A DNA stretch of 59,325 nucleotides, from contig JAMXCX010000003.1 in the NCBI GenBank assembly GCA_024542985.1, positions 1 to 59,325 on the forward strand. Reading direction: 5' to 3'. Under the pieces are notes generated by a model. That model was given only the letters and a program-made list of their open reading frames with translations. It did not search any database and was not told where the DNA came from. The stretch comes from Candidatus Omnitrophota bacterium (lineage in GTDB: Bacteria; Omnitrophota; Gorgyraeia; Duberdicusellales; 4484-171). Below, one piece after another: positions 48,040 through 57,484 of the stretch (position 1 is the first letter of the stretch; each line of letters starts with the position of its first letter). The position numbers and the translations under genes were made by a program.

Positions 48040-49911
48040 ATGAGTATGTTTGATAAAAGTATAAGTAAGGAAGAAAGAGCGTCTTTAGAGCTGGCCGAAG
48101 ATTCGCGTCAGGATGAATGGATACATCCCAGCTTTGCTTCGCGTTTATTCCAGGGTAAAGTAGAATGGAATTTAATCTGGCCTTTTCAAGGACAATCTAA
48201 GGAGGACAAAGAAGAAGGAGATAAATTTTTAAGCAAACTGGAAAAATTCTTAAAAGAGAATTTAAACCCGGATAAGGTGGATGAAACAAGAGAAATACCG
48301 GATAAAGTTATCAAAGGGTTATTTGGAATGGGGGCTTTTGCGATTAAAATTCCTAAAGAATACGGAGGTTTAGGACTAAACCAGATAAATTACAACCGGG
48401 CAGTGCATCTTTTGGGAAGTTACTGCGGTTCAACAGCAGCGCTTATTTCAGCTCATCAGAGCATAGGCGTGCCTCAGCCGCTTATAAATTTTGGGACCCC
48501 GGAACAAAAAAAGAAATTTCTTCCCCGATTTAGAGAAGGGTCTATTTCCGGATTTGCCCTTACCGAGGCCGAGGTAGGCTCAGATCCCAGAAGAATAAAA
48601 ACTACAGCTACACCCATTGAAGACGGCAAATATTTCCTTATTAACGGCGAGAAACTATGGTGCACAAATGGAAACATTGCCGATATTTTGATAGTTATGG
48701 TTCAGACACCGCCGAAAATTGTCAGGGGGAAAGAGAAAAAACAGATAACCGCTTTTATCGTTGAAAGTAAGACTCCCGGTTTTGAAGTAGTGTATCGTTG
48801 CGACTTTATGGGCTTAAAGGCAATTCAAAACGGCCTTATCAAATTTAATAATGTTAAAGTCCCTAAAGAAAATATTGTTTTAGGAGAAGGCCAAGGTTTA
48901 AGACTAGCGCTCACAACTCTTAATACCGGCCGTCTTAGCTTGCCTGCGGCTGTCACCGGAACCAGCAAATGGTGTCTTTATGTTGCAAGAAGCTGGGCTA
49001 AGGAGCGCAAGCAATGGGGAGCTTCTATTGGTGAACATGAAGCTGTAGCTTCAAAACTTTCTAATATGGCCAGTACAATTTTTGCCATGGATGCAATGAC
49101 TTGGCTGGTATCTTACATGGCTCAAAATAAAAGATTTGACATACGATTAGAGGCGGCAATGGCAAAACTCTTCTGCACAGAAGAGAGCTGGAAGATTATT
49201 TATGAGGCTATTCAGATAAGAGGAGGCCGGGGCTATGAAACCGCACCTTCGCTTTGCGGCCGGGGCAAGCCGGATTTTGCCTTAGAGCGGGCTATGCGCG
49301 ACGCAAGGGTAAATACCATTCTTGAAGGTTCAAGTGAAATCATGCACCTTTTTATTGCCCGAGAAGCCCTGGATTTTCATTTACAACCTACAAAAGCTCT
49401 TTTTGACTCTCGAGCTTCAATAGGTAAAAAGATAAAAACAGTTTTATCAGTGGGAGTTAACTATTTATTTTGGTATCCTAGATTATGGATTCCTTGTTTT
49501 TGGCCGGCTAAAATAAAAGCAGCCAAGGCGCTTAAAAAACATACTCGATTTATAAAACAAGCATCTCGGCATTTGGGAAGAGAGATTTTTCATAAAATGA
49601 TGTTTTATCAGAAGAAACTTGCCAGCAAGCAGAATATATTGAATAGGTTCGTTGATATTGGCGTAGACCTTTTTGCTATGTCTTGTGCCTGTTCTTATGC
49701 CGATAGCCTGGCTGCTAAAGGTGAGGGCGAGGAAAATTCTGTAGAGCTGGCAGATTTATTTTGCCGCCGGGCAAGAATGCGGATAAAAAGAAATTTTAGC
49801 CAAAATCATCACAATCAGGATAAGATGTCTAGCTCTATTGCCGGAAAGTTGCTTAGCGAAGAATACAAATGGCTGGAGAGCGACATTATTAAAAATACCG
49901 ATAAAACATAA
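48040..49911 (+). CDS. Acyl-CoA dehydrogenase (VLCAD/ACAD9-like)
   Basis: AHQSIG, FALTE..GSD, NGEKLW, LNTGR, GGRGY and ILEGSSEI motifs. Confidence 0.93.
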   Translation: MSMFDKSISKEERASLELAEDSRQDEWIHPSFASRLFQGKVEWNLIWPFQGQSKEDKEEGDKFLSKLEKFLKENLNPDKVDETREIPDKVIKGLFGMGAFAIKIPKEYGGLGLNQINYNRAVHLLGSYCGSTAALISAHQSIGVPQPLINFGTPEQKKKFLPRFREGSISGFALTEAEVGSDPRRIKTTATPIEDGKYFLINGEKLWCTNGNIADILIVMVQTPPKIVRGKEKKQITAFIVESKTPGFEVVYRCDFMGLKAIQNGLIKFNNVKVPKENIVLGEGQGLRLALTTLNTGRLSLPAAVTGTSKWCLYVARSWAKERKQWGASIGEHEAVASKLSNMASTIFAMDAMTWLVSYMAQNKRFDIRLEAAMAKLFCTEESWKIIYEAIQIRGGRGYETAPSLCGRGKPDFALERAMRDARVNTILEGSSEIMHLFIAREALDFHLQPTKALFDSRASIGKKIKTVLSVGVNYLFWYPRLWIPCFWPAKIKAAKALKKHTRFIKQASRHLGREIFHKMMFYQKKLASKQNILNRFVDIGVDLFAMSCACSYADSLAAKGEGEENSVELADLFCRRARMRIKRNFSQNHHNQDKMSSSIAGKLLSEEYKWLESDIIKNTDKT

Positions 49912-49925
49912 TCGGTTTATTAAAG

Positions 49926-51983
49926 ATGCAGGAAGTCACAGATTTTGTAAATAAGAGTGAAATAATAAAACAAATACCCCTATTTTCAGACTTAAACTGG
50001 ATTGAATCTTGGGTTATTCTGCCTAAATTAGCATTTTTTGAATACAAAAAAAATGAAATTATTTACACCGCAGGTGACCCGGGAGATGCATTCTATCTTT
50101 TGCTTTCAGGCCGCTTGCAAGTATCTAAGAAGCTTTCCGGCGGACAGGAAAAAACTCTGGATTATTTAACCCGCAATAAATATTTTGGAATAATTTCTCT
50201 TTTGTCCGGTGAATCTCATTCCGGAACGGTAAAGGTTATAAACGATTCTTTTATCTTAAGAATAAAAAAGGAAGATTTTAATAATATCTTGCAGAAAATT
50301 CCTAAGTTAGCAGTACATATGAGCAAGTCTCTTTCTAGGCGCTTAAGAAGAAGACGTCTTCATCCCGAAGATATTTTTGAAACTAAAATTATATCAGCAT
50401 TAAGTGTTGCAGCCCGAGTGGGAGTAAGCAGGTATCTGGCGAATTTATCAATATCTTTGAAAAAAGAGACAACCAAACAAGTAATACTTATAGAGATTAA
50501 TTCTGCGCCAAACAGCATTTTTAAAAATTTAGGCCTTAGTTCAGAGGTTTATTCTTTAAACCTCAACCATACTAATCTTAATAAAGCGCAACTAAAGGAA
50601 AATATAACTACTCATACTTGCGGTATTGATTTGTTATCTGTTAGTTATAATCTCAAGATGGAAAATGGACAAAACAGTATAGCTTATCTTTTAGGGATGT
50701 TGATGGAAGATTATAGTTATATAGTTATTGATCTTCCTAAAAGCCCGGAGCCAATAGTAAATGAAGTTCTTGGGCAATCTGATTTGATCCATATTGTAAC
50801 CGATGACCAAGAAGATAATTTGAAGGCAACGAGGATATTTATCGAGAAATTAAGAAATTCTGTTGAAGAAATAGAGGATAATATATTTATAGTCGTAAAT
50901 GAAGTGGAATCCAAAAGAGTGAGGCTTTCTAGCAAGCAAATAAGGAATATTCTGAATGACAGAGTCTATGTTAGCCTGCAGCATTTTACAGACCCGTTAA
51001 TTAAAAGGAGCGGCTTTATACAGGTATTAGAATGCCCTGACGCAAAGTATGCCCTGGCAGTAAGAAATGTGGCCCGAGAAATAGGAGAGGTATTAATAGG
51101 GCTGGCATTAAGCGGCGGAGCTTCTTTCGGTCTTGCCCACATAGGAGTGCTCAAGGTTTTAGAGAAGGAAAACATCAACATTGATGTTGTTGCCGGTACA
51201 AGTATGGGGGCATTTGTCGGAGGGCTTTGGGCTTCCGGAGTTTCAGTCGCAGGATTAGAAAAAATTGCTTTAGGTTTTAGGAATAAACTTAGAGTTCTCA
51301 GGCTTTTTGATTTTGTTTTTCCTAGGAGAGGTTTAATTTTAGGAAGGTATATATTAAAGCTGCTCAGGAAGCATTTGAAAGTTAAAACTTTTCAGGAGGT
51401 AAAAATTCCTTTTCTAACTGTTGCTTGCGATTTGGAAAGCCGGCAGGAGGTTATATTGGATGAAGGAGATTTAGCTAGAGCCATAAGGGCAAGTATATCT
51501 ATACCGGGAGTATTTATTCCTTTAGTTGATGAGGGAAGATTCTTAATGGACGGAGGGATCTTACAGCCATTACCTATCCAGCTTCTTATCCGCAAGGGGG
51601 TAAGCAAAATAATTGCCGTAGACGTCTTGCCTAGCCAGTTAGACATAAAAAAGGCCTATCAAAGATACAGAAAAACAGAAGATGAGAAATTAGAGATAAT
51701 AAAGAAATCAAATATTTTTAAGAAATTATTTTATTGGCTCGGGAAAAAAATCCACCGAATGTTTTTTCCTAATATTTTTGATGCCATTGTTATTGCCATG
51801 CAGGCTTCTGAAGCTATATTAGCCGAAGCAAGCCGTAAACAAGCAGACGTTTACCTGCATCCTGACCTCTCGGAAATCAGCTGGTTTGAATTTTATCGGG
51901 CAGAAGAGCTAATAAAATCCGGAGAAAAGGAAGCGCGTAGGCTCCTGCCCCAGATAAAACAAATATTGGCTAATAAAAATTAA
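49926..51983 (+). CDS. cNMP-binding / degenerate MinD-ParA-like / patatin phospholipase
   Basis: N-terminal CAP-type domain; central P-loop-like region; LSGG..G.AHIG, GTSMG and DGG motifs. Confidence 0.88.
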   Translation: MQEVTDFVNKSEIIKQIPLFSDLNWIESWVILPKLAFFEYKKNEIIYTAGDPGDAFYLLLSGRLQVSKKLSGGQEKTLDYLTRNKYFGIISLLSGESHSGTVKVINDSFILRIKKEDFNNILQKIPKLAVHMSKSLSRRLRRRRLHPEDIFETKIISALSVAARVGVSRYLANLSISLKKETTKQVILIEINSAPNSIFKNLGLSSEVYSLNLNHTNLNKAQLKENITTHTCGIDLLSVSYNLKMENGQNSIAYLLGMLMEDYSYIVIDLPKSPEPIVNEVLGQSDLIHIVTDDQEDNLKATRIFIEKLRNSVEEIEDNIFIVVNEVESKRVRLSSKQIRNILNDRVYVSLQHFTDPLIKRSGFIQVLECPDAKYALAVRNVAREIGEVLIGLALSGGASFGLAHIGVLKVLEKENINIDVVAGTSMGAFVGGLWASGVSVAGLEKIALGFRNKLRVLRLFDFVFPRRGLILGRYILKLLRKHLKVKTFQEVKIPFLTVACDLESRQEVILDEGDLARAIRASISIPGVFIPLVDEGRFLMDGGILQPLPIQLLIRKGVSKIIAVDVLPSQLDIKKAYQRYRKTEDEKLEIIKKSNIFKKLFYWLGKKIHRMFFPNIFDAIVIAMQASEAILAEASRKQADVYLHPDLSEISWFEFYRAEELIKSGEKEARRLLPQIKQILANKN

Positions 51984-52063
51984 GATAAGCTAATCTTTTC
52001 CAGGCCAGGTGTGTTTAGATGATTTGTAATTTAGAGGCTTTGAACTATATCGGAGCTGATTGA

Positions 52064-53428
52064 ATGAGAGTAGTTTTATCATTCTCTTTCCTTTGTTTAC
52101 TTTTACTAACGGGAAAATTCTTAAGAATCAGGATAAAGCTGTTTCAAAAGCTCTATCTTCCTTCTTCAGTTATTGCTGGTTTTTTAGGATTAGTAATCTT
52201 GCAGATTTTTGGTTCTCATATTCCCGCAGATTGTACTGCCGGATGGTCTAAGCTGCCGGGTTTTCTTATCAATATCGTTTTTGCCGCCTTGTTTCTCGGC
52301 GTTTCTATTCCGCCGCTTTCGACTATATGGCAAAAATCAGGCCCTCAGTTTGTATACGGCCAGATTGTTGCCTGGGGGCAGTATGTCGTTGGTATCGGAG
52401 TTGCCGTTCTTATTCTCAAGCCTCTTTTTTCTGTGCCGGGTTTTTTTGGAACACTTATCCCGGTCGGGTTTGAAGGAGGCCATGGCACTGCTGCCGGATT
52501 AGGAAAAACTTTTGAAACGCTTAATTGGAGCCAAGGCCTGGATTTTGCCCTCGCTTGCGCTACAGCCGGCATTGTTTCGGCAGTTATAGTAGGAATGATA
52601 CTTATCAACTGGGCAGTGCGTAAGAAGATTACTAAAGCAGCGCAAAATTTTGAATCTATTCCTGAAAGTAATGTGGTTGGTGTCTATAATATTGAGGAAA
52701 GACCCATAGCAGGATATCAAACAGTTTCTGCAGATTCTATAGATAGCTTAGGGCTGCATCTGGCTATTATCGGGGTAAGTATTTTAATAGGGTATGGATT
52801 ACGAGAATTACTATTGACTTTAGAATACCTTTTTCCGGTATTAGCTAAAACTAAGTTACTTGCGGCCTTTCCGCTTTTTCCTCTTTGCATGATAGGGGGG
52901 TTGATTGTTCAGCTTGTTCTTTCACGTATTGTAAAAATTAACCTCATTGACCACCAGCTTACCCAGCGCCTTTCCGGAACAGCCCTGGATTTTCTAGTGG
53001 TTGCAGCTATATCAACAATACGTTTATCGGTCATTATGAAAGGCTTTTTGCCTTTCGCTATCTTAATTGCTGTGGGTATTGGCTGGAATGTCTTTTGTGT
53101 ATTATTTTTAGCTAAAAAGCTTCTGCCGGATGCCTGGTTTGAAAGATCGATTGCTGAGATGGGCCAATCCATGGGAACAACAGCTACCGGTCTTATGCTT
53201 TTGCGAGTTGTTGACCCCGAAGCCAAGACCCCGGCTTATTCAGCTTTCGGGTATAAACAGCTTTTACATGAACCATTCATGGGAGGAGGGTTGTGGACCT
53301 CCATAGCAATACCGCTGGCAATTATCCGGGGGCCGGGAATCGTCTTTTTTATAAGCCTAGCAGCAATTTTGCTATGGGGCTGTTTCTGGTGGTGTGCTTT
53401 TCGTAAAACAACAGCATCCGCAAAATAA
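52064..53428 (+). CDS. gltS: Sodium/glutamate symporter (GltS family)
   Basis: PSSVIAG, GFEGGHGTAAG and ATGLMLLRVVDP motifs; multi-TM. Confidence 0.9.
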   Translation: MRVVLSFSFLCLLLLTGKFLRIRIKLFQKLYLPSSVIAGFLGLVILQIFGSHIPADCTAGWSKLPGFLINIVFAALFLGVSIPPLSTIWQKSGPQFVYGQIVAWGQYVVGIGVAVLILKPLFSVPGFFGTLIPVGFEGGHGTAAGLGKTFETLNWSQGLDFALACATAGIVSAVIVGMILINWAVRKKITKAAQNFESIPESNVVGVYNIEERPIAGYQTVSADSIDSLGLHLAIIGVSILIGYGLRELLLTLEYLFPVLAKTKLLAAFPLFPLCMIGGLIVQLVLSRIVKINLIDHQLTQRLSGTALDFLVVAAISTIRLSVIMKGFLPFAILIAVGIGWNVFCVLFLAKKLLPDAWFERSIAEMGQSMGTTATGLMLLRVVDPEAKTPAYSAFGYKQLLHEPFMGGGLWTSIAIPLAIIRGPGIVFFISLAAILLWGCFWWCAFRKTTASAK

Positions 53429-53465
53429 CTTCAAGGTAAGTAATATTTAAAAGGGGAGGTATAAA

Positions 53466-53969
53466 ATGCAGGATGAATTTCGCTATAACCTCGTGTTGGC
53501 TCTATTGGTTATGTCCCTGGGAGGATTACTCTTGCATTTTAGAATACACCCTGTGTTTACCGGCGGGGATTTTAGATGGGTAAATCTAATACCGGTCGTT
53601 ATCGGGCTGGTAAATGTAATTATTATTCCTTTGCTTTTTTTAAATAAAAATACTGTCACTTGTGCCTATCTTTTAACCGGTTTATCTGTAATCTTGGGAA
53701 TTATAACCATGAGCCATTTATCCATTTTTAAACTGGGGAGAGAAATTACTTTTTTTAGTATTTTACTTAAAGCCACACTGGCTGATTCCTTGATACTTTT
53801 TGGTAAGTTCTTTATCGCAAAAGTTATATTTGATTCTTACTTTCCCCAAAAAGCTCAGTTTAATTATAAATTTCCCCAAACATTTAGATTTTTATTTCCC
53901 GGATGGTGGCTGGTTCATTTTATAGGGATTGCAATCGTATATTCGTTAGGTGTAAGTATTTTTTCATAG
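53466..53969 (+). CDS. Hypothetical multi-pass membrane protein with His residues in TM segments
   Basis: About five TMs; LLHFRIHP, MSH and WLVH; GGGGAGG RBS. Confidence 0.7.
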   Translation: MQDEFRYNLVLALLVMSLGGLLLHFRIHPVFTGGDFRWVNLIPVVIGLVNVIIIPLLFLNKNTVTCAYLLTGLSVILGIITMSHLSIFKLGREITFFSILLKATLADSLILFGKFFIAKVIFDSYFPQKAQFNYKFPQTFRFLFPGWWLVHFIGIAIVYSLGVSIFS

Positions 53970-54010
53970 AGCGCTCTACGTCAAATGAAAAATTATATTA
54001 ACTTGGATGT

Positions 54011-54130
54011 ATCCCGGCTCGCTGGAGATGTTGGGTAATTTTATTCTAAAATTACCCAACGCTCGCTCGGGATCAATTCGACTAATCCCGATTTAATGAT
54101 AATTAAATCGGGAAAGTCTCATTGAGCTAG
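54011..54130. repeat. Composite double-hairpin element
   Basis: IRs at 54030-54042/54048-54060 and 54086-54097/54102-54113; ATCCCG/CGGGAT closes the first hairpin. Confidence 0.7.
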
Positions 54131-54134
54131 GTAT

Positions 54135-54239
54135 ATGAAAATTATTAATTATTTTAAGATCGGAAAACTTTGGTTTTGGATATTACATATTATCGTTATA
54201 TTGTTAATTTTTATCTTAGCTTCCAAGATTAAATTTTGA
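54135..54239 (+). CDS. 34-aa single-TM small protein (absent from ORF track)
   Basis: MKIINYFKIGKLWFWILHIIVILLIFILASKIKF; resembles the C-terminal helix of 53466-53969. Confidence 0.5.
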   Translation: MKIINYFKIGKLWFWILHIIVILLIFILASKIKF

Positions 54240-54316
54240 AAAAGTAGTCAGAGTAATTTTTTATCCAGGCCAAAACCACTCCTCAAACCTTTTATTTCCT
54301 GCTATAATGTCTGTCT

Positions 54317-55450
54317 ATGAAAATATATATTAAAATATTAAGTTGCTTCGCTGCATTCTTTATATTTTTTAACGCCGGAGTTTTATTCGCTAAAAGGGGG
54401 CCAAAAATTAGTATCGATACGAAATATTGGGATTTTGGCACAGTGAAGGAAGGGGAAATAAAAGAAAAGGGTTTTGTAGTGGTAAACATCGGTGATGAAG
54501 ATTTAATTATTCGTAAAGTATTTACCGATTGCGGCTGCACCAGGGCAAATATTTCCTCTAAGCGGATAGCTCCCAAGGGGAAAGCTGAGCTAAAAGTAGT
54601 TTACAGCACAAAAGGAAAATCTCTCGGTAAAGACACCAAAGATATTTATATCGTTTCCAATGACCTTTTGAATTCTAAGATAAAAATTACCATTACGGCA
54701 ATAATTACATCCCCTGATGAGCCAATTTCAAAGCGCAGGTCATCGAGCATTCCCACACTTACTTCCCAAGAGCTATTTGACAGGCTAGAGGCAGGAGAAG
54801 ATATTACTATTTTAGATGTGCGGGAAGAGAATGAATATATAGAGCGTCATATTCCTGAAGCAATTTGGTTTCCTAAAAGTAAGTTTGACCGCAACGATAA
54901 GGAAGTCCTAGCGAAATTAGAGAATTTGGATAAAGACAAGCTTATAGTTTCTTATTGCGGGGCCGGCCATAGAAGCAGTTTTGTAACCAAGAAGTTGCGG
55001 GAAAAAGGTTATAATGTTTATAATCTTGATGGAATTTCTTTTTGGGAGAAAAGGGGCTATCCTCTTATCCGTGGCCCAAAGCTTCCTTCCAGCCAAGAGC
55101 CGGCTATAGTTTATCTCCAAGAGGCTTATGAGCACTATTTTTTGTTATTTAGGGATATTGTTTGGATTGATGTTAGGAATAGAGACGATTATAATAAAGG
55201 GCATGTTAAAGGTGCCTTGGGAATTCCCCTTTCTGACTTAGAATACAATCTTAATAAAATTCCCAAAGATAAAGAAATTGTCTTTTACTGTGAAGGGACT
55301 TGGGATGGAGGCAAATGCGATGCTAGCATGAGTGCCGGGCGGATATTAATAAAAAACGGCTTTAAACCGGGAAAAATCAAGGTTTTTGAGGACGGCTATG
55401 GAGCCTGGGAAGATGCCGGTTATCCCGTAGAAAAAAGGAGAAGAAGATGA
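54317..55450 (+). CDS. Exported DUF1573 + double rhodanese domain protein
   Basis: Signal peptide; DFG..TDCGCT (DUF1573); two rhodanese domains (DVRE..HIP..YCGAGHRS and DVR..GHVKGA..YCEG). Confidence 0.85.
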   Translation: MKIYIKILSCFAAFFIFFNAGVLFAKRGPKISIDTKYWDFGTVKEGEIKEKGFVVVNIGDEDLIIRKVFTDCGCTRANISSKRIAPKGKAELKVVYSTKGKSLGKDTKDIYIVSNDLLNSKIKITITAIITSPDEPISKRRSSSIPTLTSQELFDRLEAGEDITILDVREENEYIERHIPEAIWFPKSKFDRNDKEVLAKLENLDKDKLIVSYCGAGHRSSFVTKKLREKGYNVYNLDGISFWEKRGYPLIRGPKLPSSQEPAIVYLQEAYEHYFLLFRDIVWIDVRNRDDYNKGHVKGALGIPLSDLEYNLNKIPKDKEIVFYCEGTWDGGKCDASMSAGRILIKNGFKPGKIKVFEDGYGAWEDAGYPVEKRRRR

Positions 55451-56136
55451 TTAGAAAAATAAAAATTACTATTTTTATGTTACTTATTGCATTTTTCAAT
55501 ATTACCGCTTTCGCCGGTACCAAGGAAGATATTTATTCTAAATTAAAATGCTGCAATTGCGGCAAGCCATTCACTCCTTGCGTTTGTGTGCACGCTAAAG
55601 AGATAAAAGGATATATAGATGCTCTTTTGGAAGTAGGATTAGGCAAGGAAGAGGTTTTTGTAAAGATAGCAAAAAAATACACCCTAGATACTATTATAGA
55701 TACTGCATTGAGAGAAACGGTTGAGAAAAAAATAATAACCGAAGCCGGTGAGAATCGGCCCCAGATTTTCATTAAGCCCTTATCGTATAATTTAGGAAAA
55801 ATTAGCAAAAGGCGAGGTAAATTAAAATTAAAAGTAAAGTTGCAAAATAAAGGTAAGGAAGTATTAAAAATAACAGATTTAAAAACAACCTGTGCCTGTA
55901 CTACAATTAAATTAAAAATAAAGAGATATGCGAGCCCTGCTTTTAGCACTGAAGGCGCAACGCCGGGATGGGAGGCAAGTATTAAGCCTGGAGGCAAAGG
56001 CACACTTATCATAGTTACTGATTTAAGCCACGCCCATGTTCATTTAGGGCAAATGCTAAGAACAGTTGAGATCAAAAGCAATGATCCTCTAAGGTCTTTA
56101 ATCAAGGTAGAATTTGAGGCCGAAATAGTTAAATAG
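55447..56136 (+). CDS. Exported CcmH-like Cys-motif + DUF1573 protein
   Basis: Signal peptide ending AFA; KLKCCNC...CVCVHA; TTCACT...SNDP. Confidence 0.7.
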   Translation: MIRKIKITIFMLLIAFFNITAFAGTKEDIYSKLKCCNCGKPFTPCVCVHAKEIKGYIDALLEVGLGKEEVFVKIAKKYTLDTIIDTALRETVEKKIITEAGENRPQIFIKPLSYNLGKISKRRGKLKLKVKLQNKGKEVLKITDLKTTCACTTIKLKIKRYASPAFSTEGATPGWEASIKPGGKGTLIIVTDLSHAHVHLGQMLRTVEIKSNDPLRSLIKVEFEAEIVK

Positions 56137-56257
56137 TCGTTTAATTTGATTTAATATTGATGAATTAAGTACGGAGTAAATACAGATAAAATGAAACACC
56201 CGCATAGGCCAAAACAAATCTCATCAGCGGATGATTTATTTGAATATCGTTCCTAAG

Positions 56258-57484
56258 ATGCGAAGAGCCAGGTTTAAGAAAATTTCCCGGAGAAAGTTTT
56301 GCAAAATATGCTTTTTAAGCGGAGCAAGTTTAGTCTTTTCCCCTTTGCTTATCGATTTGCTTAGAGAGTCTGCGCAGGCTGCCCGGCCAAAAGGCGGTAT
56401 GGGTTTCATCAATCCCCGAGAGGCCATGTTTTATAAAAAGTTGGATAAAAATACAATTCAATGCCAGCTTTGTCCCAGATACTGCACGCTTAAAAATGGG
56501 ATGAGAGGACTTTGCCGGGCCAGAGAGCCCCGGGACGGTAAACATTATAGCCTGGTATATGCAAATCCCACGGCAATTCATGTTGATCCCATTGAAAAAA
56601 AACCCCTTTTTCATTTCTTGCCTGCCACCGCTGCCTTTTCTATCGCTACGGCCGGCTGCAACTTTCGCTGCAAATATTGCCAGAATTGGGAGATTTCCCA
56701 ATTCAAGCCTGAGGAGACAGTAAATCATTATTTGCCGCCTGAAGAAGTAGTCAAGAAAGCAGTTCAATATAATTGCTTAACAATCGCGTATACTTATACT
56801 GAACCGTCTATATTTTATGAGTATATGCTGGATACAGCTAAGATTGCTAAAGCTAAAGGCGTAAAAAACATCTACCATTCAAACGGTTCACTTAATCCTG
56901 ATCCGGCTGCGAAACTTGCGGTTTATCTTGACGGGGCTAATATTGATTTAAAAGGATTCAGTCAGGATTTCTACAGTGAAGTTAGCCAAGGCCATTTAGA
57001 AACGGTTTTAAATACTCTCAAGACTCTCAAAAAAAATAAAGTTCATGTAGAAATTACTAATTTAATAGTCCCCCCTTTAAATGATGATATGGCTATGATT
57101 AAAAAGATGTGTATTTGGATTAGGGATGAGTTAGGAAAGGACGTTCCCCTGCACTTTTCCCGATTTCATCCCACCTATAAGTTGAAAAATCTCACTCCCA
57201 CTCCGGTAAAGACTTTAGAAGAGGCAAGAAATACTGCCCTAAGCCAAGGCCTGGAATACGTTTACATCGGAAATGTTCCCGGACACCAGGCCGAGAATAC
57301 TTATTGCCCTAAAGATAATAAAGTTGTGATTAAAAGAATAGGTTACAGAGTGCTCGAGAATAATATTGTAGACGGGAAATGCAAATTCTGTGGCACCCGG
57401 ATTCCCGGAGTCTGGAAAAAGGATCCCCTCCTCGACAAACAATCAAAATCATCCTCTAAAAAATTAAGCAAATATTTAGGATAA
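56258..57484 (+). CDS. amrS: AmmeMemoRadiSam system radical SAM enzyme with twin-arginine signal
   Basis: CQLCPRYC, VDPIEKKPLFHF, CNFRCKYCQNWEISQ, YTYTEP and YVYIGN motifs; N-terminal SRRKFCK...AQA. Confidence 0.93.
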   Translation: MRRARFKKISRRKFCKICFLSGASLVFSPLLIDLLRESAQAARPKGGMGFINPREAMFYKKLDKNTIQCQLCPRYCTLKNGMRGLCRAREPRDGKHYSLVYANPTAIHVDPIEKKPLFHFLPATAAFSIATAGCNFRCKYCQNWEISQFKPEETVNHYLPPEEVVKKAVQYNCLTIAYTYTEPSIFYEYMLDTAKIAKAKGVKNIYHSNGSLNPDPAAKLAVYLDGANIDLKGFSQDFYSEVSQGHLETVLNTLKTLKKNKVHVEITNLIVPPLNDDMAMIKKMCIWIRDELGKDVPLHFSRFHPTYKLKNLTPTPVKTLEEARNTALSQGLEYVYIGNVPGHQAENTYCPKDNKVVIKRIGYRVLENNIVDGKCKFCGTRIPGVWKKDPLLDKQSKSSSKKLSKYLG

